From: Candidatus Caldarchaeum sp.
GTDB taxonomy: Archaea > Thermoproteota > Nitrososphaeria_A > Caldarchaeales > Caldarchaeaceae
NCBI GenBank assembly: GCA_038844785.1
Contig: JAWBRA010000003.1
Coordinates: 5,363 to 69,362, forward strand
Direction: 5' to 3'
Length of the DNA: 64,000 nucleotides
This document shows, in pieces, positions 9,373 to 19,432 of the stretch. The position numbers were made by a program, and so were the translations under genes. The notes under the pieces are model-generated. The model saw only the letters and a program-made list of their open reading frames with translations, ran no database searches and was not told where the DNA came from. Position 1 is the stretch's first letter; every line of letters starts with the position of its first letter.

Positions 9373-10761
9373 TTGGCACGGGCAAGCGGATGCAGTTTGG
9401 CGGAGCCGGCGGATTTGCTGCTGGAGAGGTTTGGACCGGAGCCGGATTGGCTCAGCAGGATGAGGAGAAAATGTTTTGAGCTGTTCCGCTCAATGCCTCC
9501 TGAAACCTCCGAGCTTTACATACGACACTACGAAGCACCCACCCTAGAAGAGCACCAAATCCTAGACATGCTTGGAGACGGAGATGGAAGGGATGTTCCC
9601 GAAGAGTTCAGGCATGTTAAAGATGATGAAGAGCATCCGACCGTCGTGTACGTAGGAAGCCAGCTCGCCCACATCCATCTCCCTGAAAAATTAGCCAAGG
9701 CTGGGCTTGAGCTGGTGGAGTTAAAGCAGGCCTTGAACAAACATGAGCAATACATCCGTGAGCGTCTTCAAGACTTGGTGAACTCGCCTTACGTCGACAA
9801 ATACACATGCCTAACCCACGCTTTGTTTAATGCAGGCATTTTCATAAGAGCGCCGAAATACGTCAGGTTGGAAAAACCCGTGCGAATCATGTACATTCTA
9901 ACCAGGCCTGCCGAGGCTGTTTTCAGCAAAACTCTGGTGGTATCCGAGGGGGGGTCGAACCTTTCTTTGGTCGAGGAGCTCCACGGTATGCCTGAATCCG
10001 GAGGATGCGTGCTCGGCCATCATGTACATCTGCTACCAAGCGAATCCAGCATGCTGAGACACGGTGTGTTGCAGAACCTGCACCACAACAACATTTACCT
10101 GGGCAACCGCTTGACCGAGCTTGGCAGATACTCTTCCGCTTTGCTTGTGGGCTCTTTGATAGGCGGCGGGCTTTCCAAAGTCAGGGTTGACAGCGCCATG
10201 CAGGGGGACGGCTCAAGCGTCAACGACCTGGAGCTGGTCTTCGGCGACGGGCAACAGAGGATGGATTTGACTGCGAACCTACATCACATAGGATTCGGAA
10301 CTCAGGGCAGGGAGGTGGCAAAAGGAGTTGTAAAGGAGAAGGCCAGAGTAATCTTCAAAGGCATGATAACAGTTGAGAAAACAGCTAAGAACACCAGCGC
10401 CTACCTCGCTAAGCATGCTATGATTATGAGCCCGGAGGCCCGCGCCTATGCCATACCGTCGCTCGAGATAAAAACCGACGAGGTTAAGGCAACACATTCG
10501 GCAAGCGTCAGCCAGATAGACCCAGACCAAATATACTATCTTATGACAAGGGGAATCCCGTACGAGGAGGCTAGGAAGATGCTGGCGCTAGGATTTTTCG
10601 AGCCTGTCGTCTCCATGATAGATTTGGATGAGGTGAGGTGGGGTCTGAGAAGCCTTCTCGAAAGCAAATGGGGCGGAAGTGTTACTGAGCTTTTTGAAGA
10701 GCCTGAGGTCACCGTTTCAAGCCTGTTCGGAACCCACTACAAATACAGATATGGACGTTAA
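9373..10761 (+). CDS. SufB/SufD-family Fe-S cluster assembly protein
   Basis: C-terminal motifs of the SufBD family: AKNTSAYLAKHAMIMSPEARAYAIPSLEI, THSASVSQIDPDQIYYLMTRGIPYEEA. No adjacent sufC. Confidence 0.7.
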   Translation: MARASGCSLAEPADLLLERFGPEPDWLSRMRRKCFELFRSMPPETSELYIRHYEAPTLEEHQILDMLGDGDGRDVPEEFRHVKDDEEHPTVVYVGSQLAHIHLPEKLAKAGLELVELKQALNKHEQYIRERLQDLVNSPYVDKYTCLTHALFNAGIFIRAPKYVRLEKPVRIMYILTRPAEAVFSKTLVVSEGGSNLSLVEELHGMPESGGCVLGHHVHLLPSESSMLRHGVLQNLHHNNIYLGNRLTELGRYSSALLVGSLIGGGLSKVRVDSAMQGDGSSVNDLELVFGDGQQRMDLTANLHHIGFGTQGREVAKGVVKEKARVIFKGMITVEKTAKNTSAYLAKHAMIMSPEARAYAIPSLEIKTDEVKATHSASVSQIDPDQIYYLMTRGIPYEEARKMLALGFFEPVVSMIDLDEVRWGLRSLLESKWGGSVTELFEEPEVTVSSLFGTHYKYRYGR

Positions 10762-11320
10762 CCCGTTCTCCAAACTCAAGAGTCTTCTAAACCCTTTGAA
10801 CGATGGCGGAGACGGGACAAGCTTGGACCATGACTCGGCCGCCGTCGCCGTAATCTTTCGCGAAAATATGCCCTGGCCAGAGCTGCTGCTGGTGAAGAGG
10901 GTCACCCTTTCGACAGACCCTTGGTCGGGGCAGATAGCTTTTCCAGGGGGTAGATACGAACCTGTCGACAAAGATTTGACCGATACAATGTTCCGGGAGC
11001 TGTGGGAGGAGGCTGGGATTCCGAAAACTTCAGTCGAGCTGCTGGGAACCCTGCCCTACATCAGCCCCGCCAACTATCCAAAGATGAAGGTCAAGCCATA
11101 CGTAGGCCGTTTGATGGAAAAAGTTGAGGCCAGGCCAGGGGCTGAGATAGAGAGAACCTACTGGGTTTCTCTGGACAAGCTTAAACCTCGGGTTGAGAAG
11201 GTTTACGCTCGTTCGTTTGGAAACGTCAGAAAATTCTTCTGCTACGTCTTTGACGGTGAGGTTGTCTGGGGGATGACCTCTGTCCTAATCCGCAGAATCA
11301 TGCGCATCTTGGATCTATAG
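10751..11320 (+). CDS. Nudix hydrolase (CoA-pyrophosphatase-like)
   Basis: Nudix box GGRYEPVDKDLTDTMFRELWEEAGI. Start placed at the ATG at 10751, overlapping the SufBD stop by 11 nt; the ORF-track start at 10679 lies inside the upstream gene. Confidence 0.7.
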   Translation: MDVNPFSKLKSLLNPLNDGGDGTSLDHDSAAVAVIFRENMPWPELLLVKRVTLSTDPWSGQIAFPGGRYEPVDKDLTDTMFRELWEEAGIPKTSVELLGTLPYISPANYPKMKVKPYVGRLMEKVEARPGAEIERTYWVSLDKLKPRVEKVYARSFGNVRKFFCYVFDGEVVWGMTSVLIRRIMRILDL

Positions 11321-12583
11321 CCTTTGTTCTATGAAGTCTTTGGCCGAGTCTATCAGAAGGTCGACGTCCTCTTCTGTGTGTGCGGCCGATATGAAAAGGT
11401 GGGGGTTGTAAGGCGGAACGTAAAGAACTCCCTTAGACACCATGTATTTGGAGAATTCAACGGTTAGCTTTACGTTCTTAGTCCTGTTGGCCGTGTGAAT
11501 GTCTCTAGGCTCCTCCTGCGTGAAATGTACACACACCAAGGAGCCTACACCGGTTACATGGGCGTTCACAGGCTCAAGAGCCTGTCTAAGCCCCTCCCTA
11601 GCCCTCTCGCCAAGCCTCTCCAGATGATGGTAGACCAAGCCCTTCTCAAGCTCTTTCAACAGCACATAGCCCGCCCGCATCGTCAACGGGTTCCCACTGT
11701 ATGTTCCTCCGTGGAAAACGCGTTCGTAAGGGTTATTCCTCGTCCTGTGGTCGAGGACCTCCATTATCTCTGCTTTTCCGCAGAACGCTCCGGCGGGAAA
11801 CGGGCCGCCTCCCACCGCCTTGCCCAAAACAGTCATGTCTGGCTTGACGCCGTAGAGTTGTTGGGCTCCGCCTGGGGCGAGGCGGAAACCCGTTATAACC
11901 TCGTCGAAGATGAGGACGGCGTTTTCTCTGTCGCATAATTCCCTCAACCCCTTAAGGTATTCGCGGTCGGCGGGTATGAAGCCTCCGGCACCCAGAACCG
12001 GTTCGACGATTATCGCCGCAAGCTCCTTGTTTTTTACGCGTTTCTCCACACCTTCGAGATCGTTGAAGGGTAGGAGTATCGTGTTTGCCGTCGATTCTCC
12101 GGGTATGCCTAAGCTGGAGGGTTTGTCAACGGGATATGTTACGCCTATCTGCAGGCCGTCGTATCCGCCGTGCCATCCCCCCTCAATTTTCCCAACAAGC
12201 TTTCTGCCGGTGTAGCCGCGGGCGGTACGGACGGCGTACATGTTTGCCTCTGTCCCGCTGTTGGTAGGCCTGACCATCTCCGCCGAGGGAACCATGCTGC
12301 AGACCTGCTTCGCCCATCTAATCTCCCAGAGGTGAGGATATCCGAAATGTGCGCCATGCCTCAGCTGCTCCATCGCAGCCTCGATTACAGGCCTGTAGCC
12401 ATGGCCCATCAGCAAGGCTCCATGCCCCATCCAAAAGTCAACATACCTCCTTCCAAGAACGTCCCAAACATAAGCTCCTTCAGCCCTCTCAACATAGACG
12501 GGAACAGGGTCAATATATCTGATGCTGTATGTGACGCCCGCGGGAAGGTATCTCAAAGCCTCTTTGAAAACGTTCAGATCCAT
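11315..12583 (-). CDS. class III PLP aminotransferase, glutamate-1-semialdehyde 2,1-aminomutase (HemL)-like
   Basis: AYVWDVLGRRYVDFWMGHGALLMGH...VRPTNSGTEANMYAVRTARGYTGR matches the HemL/aminotransferase-III pattern. Confidence 0.7.
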   Translation of the reverse strand: MDLNVFKEALRYLPAGVTYSIRYIDPVPVYVERAEGAYVWDVLGRRYVDFWMGHGALLMGHGYRPVIEAAMEQLRHGAHFGYPHLWEIRWAKQVCSMVPSAEMVRPTNSGTEANMYAVRTARGYTGRKLVGKIEGGWHGGYDGLQIGVTYPVDKPSSLGIPGESTANTILLPFNDLEGVEKRVKNKELAAIIVEPVLGAGGFIPADREYLKGLRELCDRENAVLIFDEVITGFRLAPGGAQQLYGVKPDMTVLGKAVGGGPFPAGAFCGKAEIMEVLDHRTRNNPYERVFHGGTYSGNPLTMRAGYVLLKELEKGLVYHHLERLGERAREGLRQALEPVNAHVTGVGSLVCVHFTQEEPRDIHTANRTKNVKLTVEFSKYMVSKGVLYVPPYNPHLFISAAHTEEDVDLLIDSAKDFIEQRL

Positions 12584-12812
12584 GTCGTAGGTACTGATAC
12601 GCCGTAGTAAAAAAGGTGTTTAAAACCCCTTGAATGTTTTTAGAGTATGATTTTGGGAATATTCGACCGTCTTCGAGGGGTAAATCATTTAATCTTTCCT
12701 GAAACAAGGTGTGGGTGGGCTGGGCTTGAGGGCTTGGGTTTTGGCTACCTTGCTGGTTTCCGTCGACCTGGTCTTCCTGTCCTTCCTAGTCTACTTCGCA
12801 TACCTTTAACCT

Positions 12813-12821
12813 CTATATATT
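12813..12821 (+). promoter_or_regulatory. TATA box (ctatatatt) about 28 nt upstream of the glyA ATG
   Basis: Lies in the 260-nt divergent intergenic region. The spacing is consistent with a leaderless transcript. Confidence 0.5.
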
Positions 12822-12844
12822 TGAGAAACGGCTTCTAGCCAGAC

Positions 12845-14179
12845 ATGACGGCCGCCTCCTTGTTAGAACCGTATCAAGCATACCAGAAAGTGCTTGAGCT
12901 GATGGAGAAACATCACGCCATGTTTAGAAAGTCCATCCCCTTGATAGCCAGCGAGAACGTAGTAAGCCCTGCGGTGCGTGAGGCTATGGCGAGCGACCTT
13001 CAGCACAGGTACGCTGAGGGATGGCCCGGGGAAAGGCTTTACGCCGGATGCAAATACATAGACGAGATAGAGCTTCTTGCCATCGAGCTCGGCAAAGCTG
13101 TCTACAGGGCTGAGTTTGTCGACGTCAGACCCATATCTGGTGTGATGGCAAACCTTGTCGCTTACTGCAGTTTCGCAAGGCCTGGAGATATTATGGTTGC
13201 CCTGACTATACCACATGGGGGGCATATTAGCCATGGGAAAGAGAAATGGGGTGGAACTGCCGGCGTTGTGCGTGGGCTTGAAGTAGAACGGTACGAGTTC
13301 AATGAAGAGCTTCACGAGATAGATGTTGATGCCACGGCCCGAAGGCTCCGGAGACTGGAGTCGGAGACGGGCAAGAAGCCGAAGCTTTTCATGCTTGGCG
13401 CCAGCGTGTTTCTTTTCCCCCACCCCGTCAAAGAGGTTAGGGCTTTGGCTGACCAGTACGGAGCCTACGTGGTTTACGACGCGGCCCACGTAGCCGGGCT
13501 GATAGCCGGCGGAAGGTTTCAAGACCCTCTGCGTGAGGGTGCTGACTGCATGACCATGAGCACTCACAAAACCTTAGCAGGACCACAGCACGGGATGGTT
13601 GTTTCATGGGAAAAATATGCGGAGCGTCTCAAACAAGTGGCTTTCCCCGGCCTTCTCTCAAACCACCATCTTCACGCCGTTGCAGGGGTGGCTATCGCCT
13701 TGGCTGAGGCCCTAGCCTTCTACAAAGACTATGCCGCACAGATAATCAGGAACTCGAAGGTATTGGCCGAGTCGCTCTATGAGCAAGGCGTCGACGTGCT
13801 GTATGAAAACAAAGGTTTCACTGAATCCCATACAATATTGGCCGATGTCTCCAAGTACATGGACGGCAGGACGGCTGAGGAGAAGCTTGAAAAAGCTGGA
13901 ATAATTCTTAACCGCAACCTGATACCGAAGGACTACAAACTTAAGACGGATTACAGGAGGCCTAGCGGGATAAGGATGGGTACGCAGGAGGTGACCCGCC
14001 TCGGCATGGGCGAGTCTGAGATGAAACAGATAGCCGAATACATCGCCGACATCATAGTCAGGGGAAAGAACCCTGAGACTGTGGGAAAGGAAGTAGCCGA
14101 GTTTAGGAACGAGTTCAGGAAGGTTCACTATTGTTTCGAGTCTATAACAGGCGCTTACGACTACATCAGGATTAGGTGA
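12845..14179 (+). CDS. glyA: serine hydroxymethyltransferase
   Basis: Archaeal-type SHMT motifs: IASENVVSPAVREAMASDLQHRYAEGWPGERLYAGC, plus the PLP-lysine region THKTLAGPQHG. Confidence 0.9.
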   Translation: MTAASLLEPYQAYQKVLELMEKHHAMFRKSIPLIASENVVSPAVREAMASDLQHRYAEGWPGERLYAGCKYIDEIELLAIELGKAVYRAEFVDVRPISGVMANLVAYCSFARPGDIMVALTIPHGGHISHGKEKWGGTAGVVRGLEVERYEFNEELHEIDVDATARRLRRLESETGKKPKLFMLGASVFLFPHPVKEVRALADQYGAYVVYDAAHVAGLIAGGRFQDPLREGADCMTMSTHKTLAGPQHGMVVSWEKYAERLKQVAFPGLLSNHHLHAVAGVAIALAEALAFYKDYAAQIIRNSKVLAESLYEQGVDVLYENKGFTESHTILADVSKYMDGRTAEEKLEKAGIILNRNLIPKDYKLKTDYRRPSGIRMGTQEVTRLGMGESEMKQIAEYIADIIVRGKNPETVGKEVAEFRNEFRKVHYCFESITGAYDYIRIR

Positions 14180-14185
14180 ACAAAG

Positions 14186-14896
14186 TTGCAGGGAGGCTAC
14201 GTCGTTGTTGTCGAAAACTTGAGGAAAGTTTACAGAAACAACGGTGTCGAGACCGTGGCGCTCAACGGAGTTAACCTAAGGGTTCGAAGGGGTGAGATGC
14301 TGGCGATAGTCGGCCCCAGCGGAAGCGGTAAATCAACGCTTCTCAACATGCTGGGAGCGTTGGATAAACCGACTGAAGGCAGGGTGCTTATAGACGGTGT
14401 TGACATAAGCAGGATAGACGACGACAAAAGAGCGGAATTCCGCAACAAGAAAATAGGTTTTGTCTTCCAGTCCTACAACCTCATAAACAGGCTGAAAGTC
14501 ATAAACAATGTAGAGCTGCCGTTAATTTTGCTGGAGATGCCTGAAGAGAAGAGGAAGGCTCTGGCTTTGAAGATGCTTAAGGAAGTGGGTCTCGAGTCTA
14601 AGGCTTACAACAAGCCAACCCAGCTCAGCGGCGGAGAGCAGCAACGCGTGGCCATAGCTAGAGCGCTTGTAACCGAGCCTAGCATAATACTGGCCGACGA
14701 GCCGACGGGCAACCTCGACTCAAAGTCGGGAGCGGTTGTTGTTAACTTGCTTAGAGAACTGACACGCAAAGGAAACACCGTCATAGTAGTGACACATAAC
14801 ATGGACGTAGCAAGAATGGCTGACAGAATAATCTACATCAAAGACGGTAAAATAGAAAAAGAGGAAACACCGGCCTTCGCAGGAAGCAAAGCATGA
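14186..14896 (+). CDS. ABC transporter ATP-binding protein (MacB/LolD-type)
   Basis: Walker [10 protein letters not shown], signature [15 protein letters not shown], Walker [12 protein letters not shown]. Confidence 0.85.
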   Translation: MQGGYVVVVENLRKVYRNNGVETVALNGVNLRVRRGEMLAIVGPSGSGKSTLLNMLGALDKPTEGRVLIDGVDISRIDDDKRAEFRNKKIGFVFQSYNLINRLKVINNVELPLILLEMPEEKRKALALKMLKEVGLESKAYNKPTQLSGGEQQRVAIARALVTEPSIILADEPTGNLDSKSGAVVVNLLRELTRKGNTVIVVTHNMDVARMADRIIYIKDGKIEKEETPAFAGSKA

Positions 14897-16872
14897 AAAA
14901 CATAGCGCCATTCTTCATTCTTCTGATTTTGGCGTATTTGTTGACGCCGCTCAAAGTTGAAGGAGCGGCTGTCCAAGTGGTTGACGTGGTCTGGGGCTCT
15001 CCCAACAGTCCGGAGAGAGCCATCCCCGGAGACGAAAACATACAGCTAAGCCTCGTGGTAGCAAATATAGGAAACAAGCCTGTCTGCACGTTAGAGGCTG
15101 AGATACTTCCAAAACAGAACACCCATCTGCCTGTAACAAGCTGGGACGGTTCGAGAATAATTAGAGCGTACCATCAAGGGCAGCTGCTGCCTGGGACCAT
15201 GGCAACCCTTATATTTCGTGTAAACATAGCCAATGATTATACGCCGGGAAGGTACGAAGCTGTCGCAAGGCTTACATACAGAGAATGCAGCTCAACCTCC
15301 GACTATCTGCCGATCTCGCAGCAGACCGCCACCATCTACCTCCAGATATGGCGGCCGCCTGCATTGAGGCTTGTGAAGTCCGCCTGGCTCGTTAATGGGG
15401 TTGAGAAACCCGTAGGCCCTGGCACAGGCCTCGCAATCTTAAAGCTGTTCATCGAGGCTCCTTTGGAGACGTCCGTCAGAAGTGTGGAGGCATGGTTAAA
15501 CGCTCCACCAAGCTTCCGACTGTCGACGGGTGGAAAAGGTCTCTCAGACACGTTCCTCGAAACAGTTCCAGCTGGCGGGTTTTTCACTCTCGAGTTCCCA
15601 TTGGTTCTCTCCGACGATGTCCAGCTCGGAAACCATCAGTTCGAGCTCGACCTCCGTTTCAAGAACAAGTATGGTACCTTAATAAGGCAAAAGCTTCCCT
15701 TTACGGTGGAGCTGTCGGGCAGGGAGGTGCTTGAGGTTAAATCCCGTCCACAAAGCTTCTACAGAGGAGACCACGCTCTTCTATCTCTTTTAGTCGAAAA
15801 CACCGGAACGGCGCCTGCCTACAACGTGGAGATGGAGGTTAGGTCCGACAGCCCCAAGGTACAGGTTCTAATGTCAACAGCCAATTTGGGAAACCTTAAC
15901 CCAGGCCAGGCTTTGGAGGTTAAGGTGCCGCTGTATGTTGAAAGGTCGGCTGAAGCATCTGTTTACACAGTAATATCAACGCTGGTTTACAGGGATGGCC
16001 TGGGAAACCATGGGTCAAAGAGCTTCAAGACATCTTTCACAGTCTCCGAGGAGTTTCGAACAGGGGTTGAGGTTTCTCCAAGCCAACACTTCATCCAAGC
16101 AGCAGCAATCACGCCGCTGAAAATCAACATCGTCAACACAAACCCCTACACCATAAACGAGGTCAAAATCACTCTTGTTGCGCATAACACCTTGCTTACA
16201 GTCGTAGAGGGTCCGACGACGGTCAGCATATCCCAGTTGGCTCCGAACGCAGCCTACTCAATTCCTCTGAAGGTTTTGGCTGCACCTCAGGCGGGAGACT
16301 CTGTCAGCCTGCTGCAGGCTAGAGTCGAGTACAAGGATGAGGCTGGGGTGAGATGGGTTGACACGGTGGACATTCCACTGGCCGTCAGGGCGGATATTGA
16401 GATAAAGTTTAAAGGCGTTCGTCTTTCACCGCTGAAGGTTAGGCCAGGCGAGACAGTGGATGTTGCAGGCGACATTGTCAACGAAGGCTCCAACATAGCG
16501 AGAGCAGTGTCAGCAGAGGTTGTCGGAACAGCTCCCTTTGAAAACGTCGGAGAATCTCTTGCTTTCGTCGGAGTTGTAAACCCTTCGCAGGTCTCGGCGT
16601 TCACCCTCAACTTCCGTGTGAGCCATGACGCAAAACCCGGCACATATCAGGTAACTGTCAAAGCGGTTTACAGAAACGGGTTTGGCGAGACCTTCACGAA
16701 GGAGACAACGCTCAGCTATGAGGTGGTGGCAGCCAGCGCTCCAACCATAACGGTGCGTGAACAACAGCAACCAGCAACCACCACACAGTCTTTAGTCGCC
16801 ATCTCCATAGCCGCAGCAGCCATAATTGCATCTGCTTACATTATTATTAGAAGGAAAAGGCGAGCCGGTTGA
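14893..16872 (+). CDS. secreted CARDB/DUF11-like repeat surface protein with C-terminal TM anchor
   Basis: N-terminal signal peptide, several roughly 100-aa beta-rich repeats (V.PGE.V.V...V.N.G...A.NV), a Thr/Gln-rich stalk, and a C-terminal hydrophobic helix followed by RRKRRAG. ATGA and TTGA overlaps join it to both neighbours. Confidence 0.55.
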   Translation: MKNIAPFFILLILAYLLTPLKVEGAAVQVVDVVWGSPNSPERAIPGDENIQLSLVVANIGNKPVCTLEAEILPKQNTHLPVTSWDGSRIIRAYHQGQLLPGTMATLIFRVNIANDYTPGRYEAVARLTYRECSSTSDYLPISQQTATIYLQIWRPPALRLVKSAWLVNGVEKPVGPGTGLAILKLFIEAPLETSVRSVEAWLNAPPSFRLSTGGKGLSDTFLETVPAGGFFTLEFPLVLSDDVQLGNHQFELDLRFKNKYGTLIRQKLPFTVELSGREVLEVKSRPQSFYRGDHALLSLLVENTGTAPAYNVEMEVRSDSPKVQVLMSTANLGNLNPGQALEVKVPLYVERSAEASVYTVISTLVYRDGLGNHGSKSFKTSFTVSEEFRTGVEVSPSQHFIQAAAITPLKINIVNTNPYTINEVKITLVAHNTLLTVVEGPTTVSISQLAPNAAYSIPLKVLAAPQAGDSVSLLQARVEYKDEAGVRWVDTVDIPLAVRADIEIKFKGVRLSPLKVRPGETVDVAGDIVNEGSNIARAVSAEVVGTAPFENVGESLAFVGVVNPSQVSAFTLNFRVSHDAKPGTYQVTVKAVYRNGFGETFTKETTLSYEVVAASAPTITVREQQQPATTTQSLVAISIAAAAIIASAYIIIRRKRRAG

Positions 16873-18110
16873 AGCTCTCCGACTACCTAGGCTACGCCTG
16901 GAGCGCCTTAAAAGACAGAAGGTTGAGAACAACTCTCACGGTCCTAGGCATAGTAGTCGGCCCGGCTTTGATAACTGCTCTAAACGCCACAACGGCTGGG
17001 CTGACTGAATCCATCGTTTCAAACCTACAGGTCTTCGGAGCCGACATGATTCTAGTCCAGCGTATAGGCGACTTCAACTTCGACGACTCCGTGATAAAAT
17101 CCATAGAGCAGCTTCAGGGTGTGAAGGAGGTTTATCCCTACTATTTGATAGCCTCCGGAGAGATAAAAACAAGGGGCAAATCATTCCCAATGGACCCCGC
17201 CAGGTCATACACGGTCCTGGCGGTAGAGCTGAAAAAGCTTCCCAACCTCTTCCCCAACATAAAAATCGACCAAGGCGAGATTATAGACAATCCAGGATAC
17301 GCTGTGGCTGGGTACAGCGCATGGAACCCCAAGGACCCGAACATACCTCCGTTGGACGTAGGCTCTTTGTTTACGGTTTCAGCATCCTCAGCTGGAGGCT
17401 CGACAAGGTCCTTCGCGGTTTCTGCGAGGCTGTCAAGATACGGACAGGCCCTCTTCCTCAACCCCGACACCCAGATATTTGTCTCGCTCGAAGCCGGAAA
17501 ACTCATCACCAACAGAAGAAGCTACAGCGGTGCGTTCATCAGGATAAACGATCCATCGATCAGCGACACGGTTGTCACAACCTTAGAAAAATGGTACGGC
17601 GAAAACCTCAGAGTTTTCTCCATCACAGCAATATCTGCAACAGTTCAGCAGATAATCGGAACCCTTAACGTCTTTTTCTCATCGGTGGCATCCATGAGCC
17701 TGCTGGTAGCCTTCCTAGGAATAATGACAACGATGTTCACGTCGGTTACTGAAAGGGTGAGAGAGATAGGGTTGATCAAAGCACTTGGCTTCAAAACCCG
17801 CGACGTAATGCTTACGTTTTTGATGGAGGCGTTCATAATAGGTCTTATAGGCGGAGTCGCCGGGACGGCGGTGGGTGCGGCTTCATCATTCATCCTGTCA
17901 GACATTTTCTCGGGACCACCTGTGGAAAGAAGGCCTGGAACCTTTCCAATAGGCAGAAACACGGAGGGGATTAGAATCATCCCCATAATCACTCCGGAGC
18001 TGATCTTCACGGGCGTGGTTGTCGCCGTGGTGGTGGCTGTTTCAGCCGGCTTGATCCCCGCGTTCAGGGCCTCGAAGCTGGAGCCGATAGAGGCTTTAAG
18101 AAGAGAGTAG
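16869..18110 (+). CDS. ABC transporter permease, FtsX/MacB family
   Basis: One N-terminal TM helix, a large extracytoplasmic domain, and three C-terminal TM helices (LIKALGFKTRDVMLTFLMEAFIIGLIGG...). Confidence 0.75.
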   Translation: MKLSDYLGYAWSALKDRRLRTTLTVLGIVVGPALITALNATTAGLTESIVSNLQVFGADMILVQRIGDFNFDDSVIKSIEQLQGVKEVYPYYLIASGEIKTRGKSFPMDPARSYTVLAVELKKLPNLFPNIKIDQGEIIDNPGYAVAGYSAWNPKDPNIPPLDVGSLFTVSASSAGGSTRSFAVSARLSRYGQALFLNPDTQIFVSLEAGKLITNRRSYSGAFIRINDPSISDTVVTTLEKWYGENLRVFSITAISATVQQIIGTLNVFFSSVASMSLLVAFLGIMTTMFTSVTERVREIGLIKALGFKTRDVMLTFLMEAFIIGLIGGVAGTAVGAASSFILSDIFSGPPVERRPGTFPIGRNTEGIRIIPIITPELIFTGVVVAVVVAVSAGLIPAFRASKLEPIEALRRE

Positions 18111-18148
18111 CGGCAGATTTTTATTGCGAATTGTAACGGTGCTATTGA

Positions 18149-19432
18149 ATGCTGAACATAAAGCAAATCAGGTCCAACCCAGACCTCTTCCGACGCGGAC
18201 TGGCTAGGAGGGGGGTTTCACCCAGCCTAGTCGACCGGATTCTCGAGCTGGATTCGGAGAGGAGGTTGCTTTTGAAAAAAGTCGAAGAACTCCGGCGTGC
18301 AAGAAACGTCATAGCGGAGGAAGTGGCGGCAGCCAAGAAACGGGGTGAGAAATCAGCCGACCTGCTGGCGAAGATGAAAGACGTCAACGAACAGATAGAA
18401 GCCGTGGAGGAAAAGCTGGAAGATGTGGAGAAACAGCTGCGTACAATACTGTACAACACCCCTAACATACCTCATGAATCGGTTCCGGACGGCAGCTCAG
18501 AAGACGATAACGTTACGGTGAGAACCTGGGGCGAGGCTAGGAAAGAGGATTGGATGAAAGACCATGTCGACCTGCTGAAAATCCTAGGCATGGCCGACAC
18601 GGAGGCCGCAGCATCAGTAGCTGGAGCAAGGTTCTACTACTTGTTTGACGACCTCGTACTACTCAACTGGGCTCTGGCAAAATACGGCCTCGACTTCCTC
18701 AAAAGAAAAGGCTTCAAGCTGCTACAGCCACCCTACATGCTCACAAGAAAGATAATGGAGGGAGTTGTATCTTTCCAAGACTTCCAGGACATGCTGTATA
18801 AGATTGAGGACGAAGACCTGTATCTTATCGGAACGGCTGAGCACGCTATAGCCGGACTTCATGCAGGCGAGATATTGGACGGAAGGTTTCTCCCCCTACG
18901 ATACGCTGGTGTCAGCCCATGCTTCAGGAAGGAGGCTGGAGCCCACGGCAAAGACACGAAAGGAATCTTCCGGGTTCACCAGTTTGAGAAGGTTGAGCAG
19001 TTCAGCTTCACAAAGCCAAGCCAGTCCTGGCAAGAGCATGAGTTTCTCATATCAAACGCCGAGGAGATCTACCGTTCCCTAGGTCTTCCCTACAGGGTTG
19101 TAAACATTTGCGTCGGAGAGCTCGGCTCAATAGCCGCCAAAAAATACGACCTAGAGGTTTGGCTTCCCGCCCAAGGCAGGTATAGAGAGCTTGTCTCATG
19201 CAGCAACTGCACAGACTATCAAGCAATCAGGCTCAACATAAGATACCGTGAAGAACCCCATGTTGAGGTGACAGACTATGTCCACACTTTGAACAGCACC
19301 GCGATAGCTACCGAGAGAACAATCGTCGCAATCTTGGAGAACTATCAAAGACGCGATGGGTCTGTGGAGGTTCCGGAAGTTCTGCAACCATATCTCAACG
19401 GCTTGACAGTTATCAGGCCTGCTGATCGATGA
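18149..19432 (+). CDS. serS: seryl-tRNA synthetase
   Basis: N-terminal coiled-coil arm, class II motifs (FRKEAGAHGKDTKGIFRVHQFEKVEQF), and C-terminus GSGLAIPR-like. Confidence 0.9.
   Translation: MLNIKQIRSNPDLFRRGLARRGVSPSLVDRILELDSERRLLLKKVEELRRARNVIAEEVAAAKKRGEKSADLLAKMKDVNEQIEAVEEKLEDVEKQLRTILYNTPNIPHESVPDGSSEDDNVTVRTWGEARKEDWMKDHVDLLKILGMADTEAAASVAGARFYYLFDDLVLLNWALAKYGLDFLKRKGFKLLQPPYMLTRKIMEGVVSFQDFQDMLYKIEDEDLYLIGTAEHAIAGLHAGEILDGRFLPLRYAGVSPCFRKEAGAHGKDTKGIFRVHQFEKVEQFSFTKPSQSWQEHEFLISNAEEIYRSLGLPYRVVNICVGELGSIAAKKYDLEVWLPAQGRYRELVSCSNCTDYQAIRLNIRYREEPHVEVTDYVHTLNSTAIATERTIVAILENYQRRDGSVEVPEVLQPYLNGLTVIRPADR

Noticed and set aside
12647-12838. 63-aa ORF inside the HemL-like/glyA divergent intergenic region
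   Set aside because: It overlaps the glyA TATA box, has no recognisable features, and its composition is driven by G-rich DNA.
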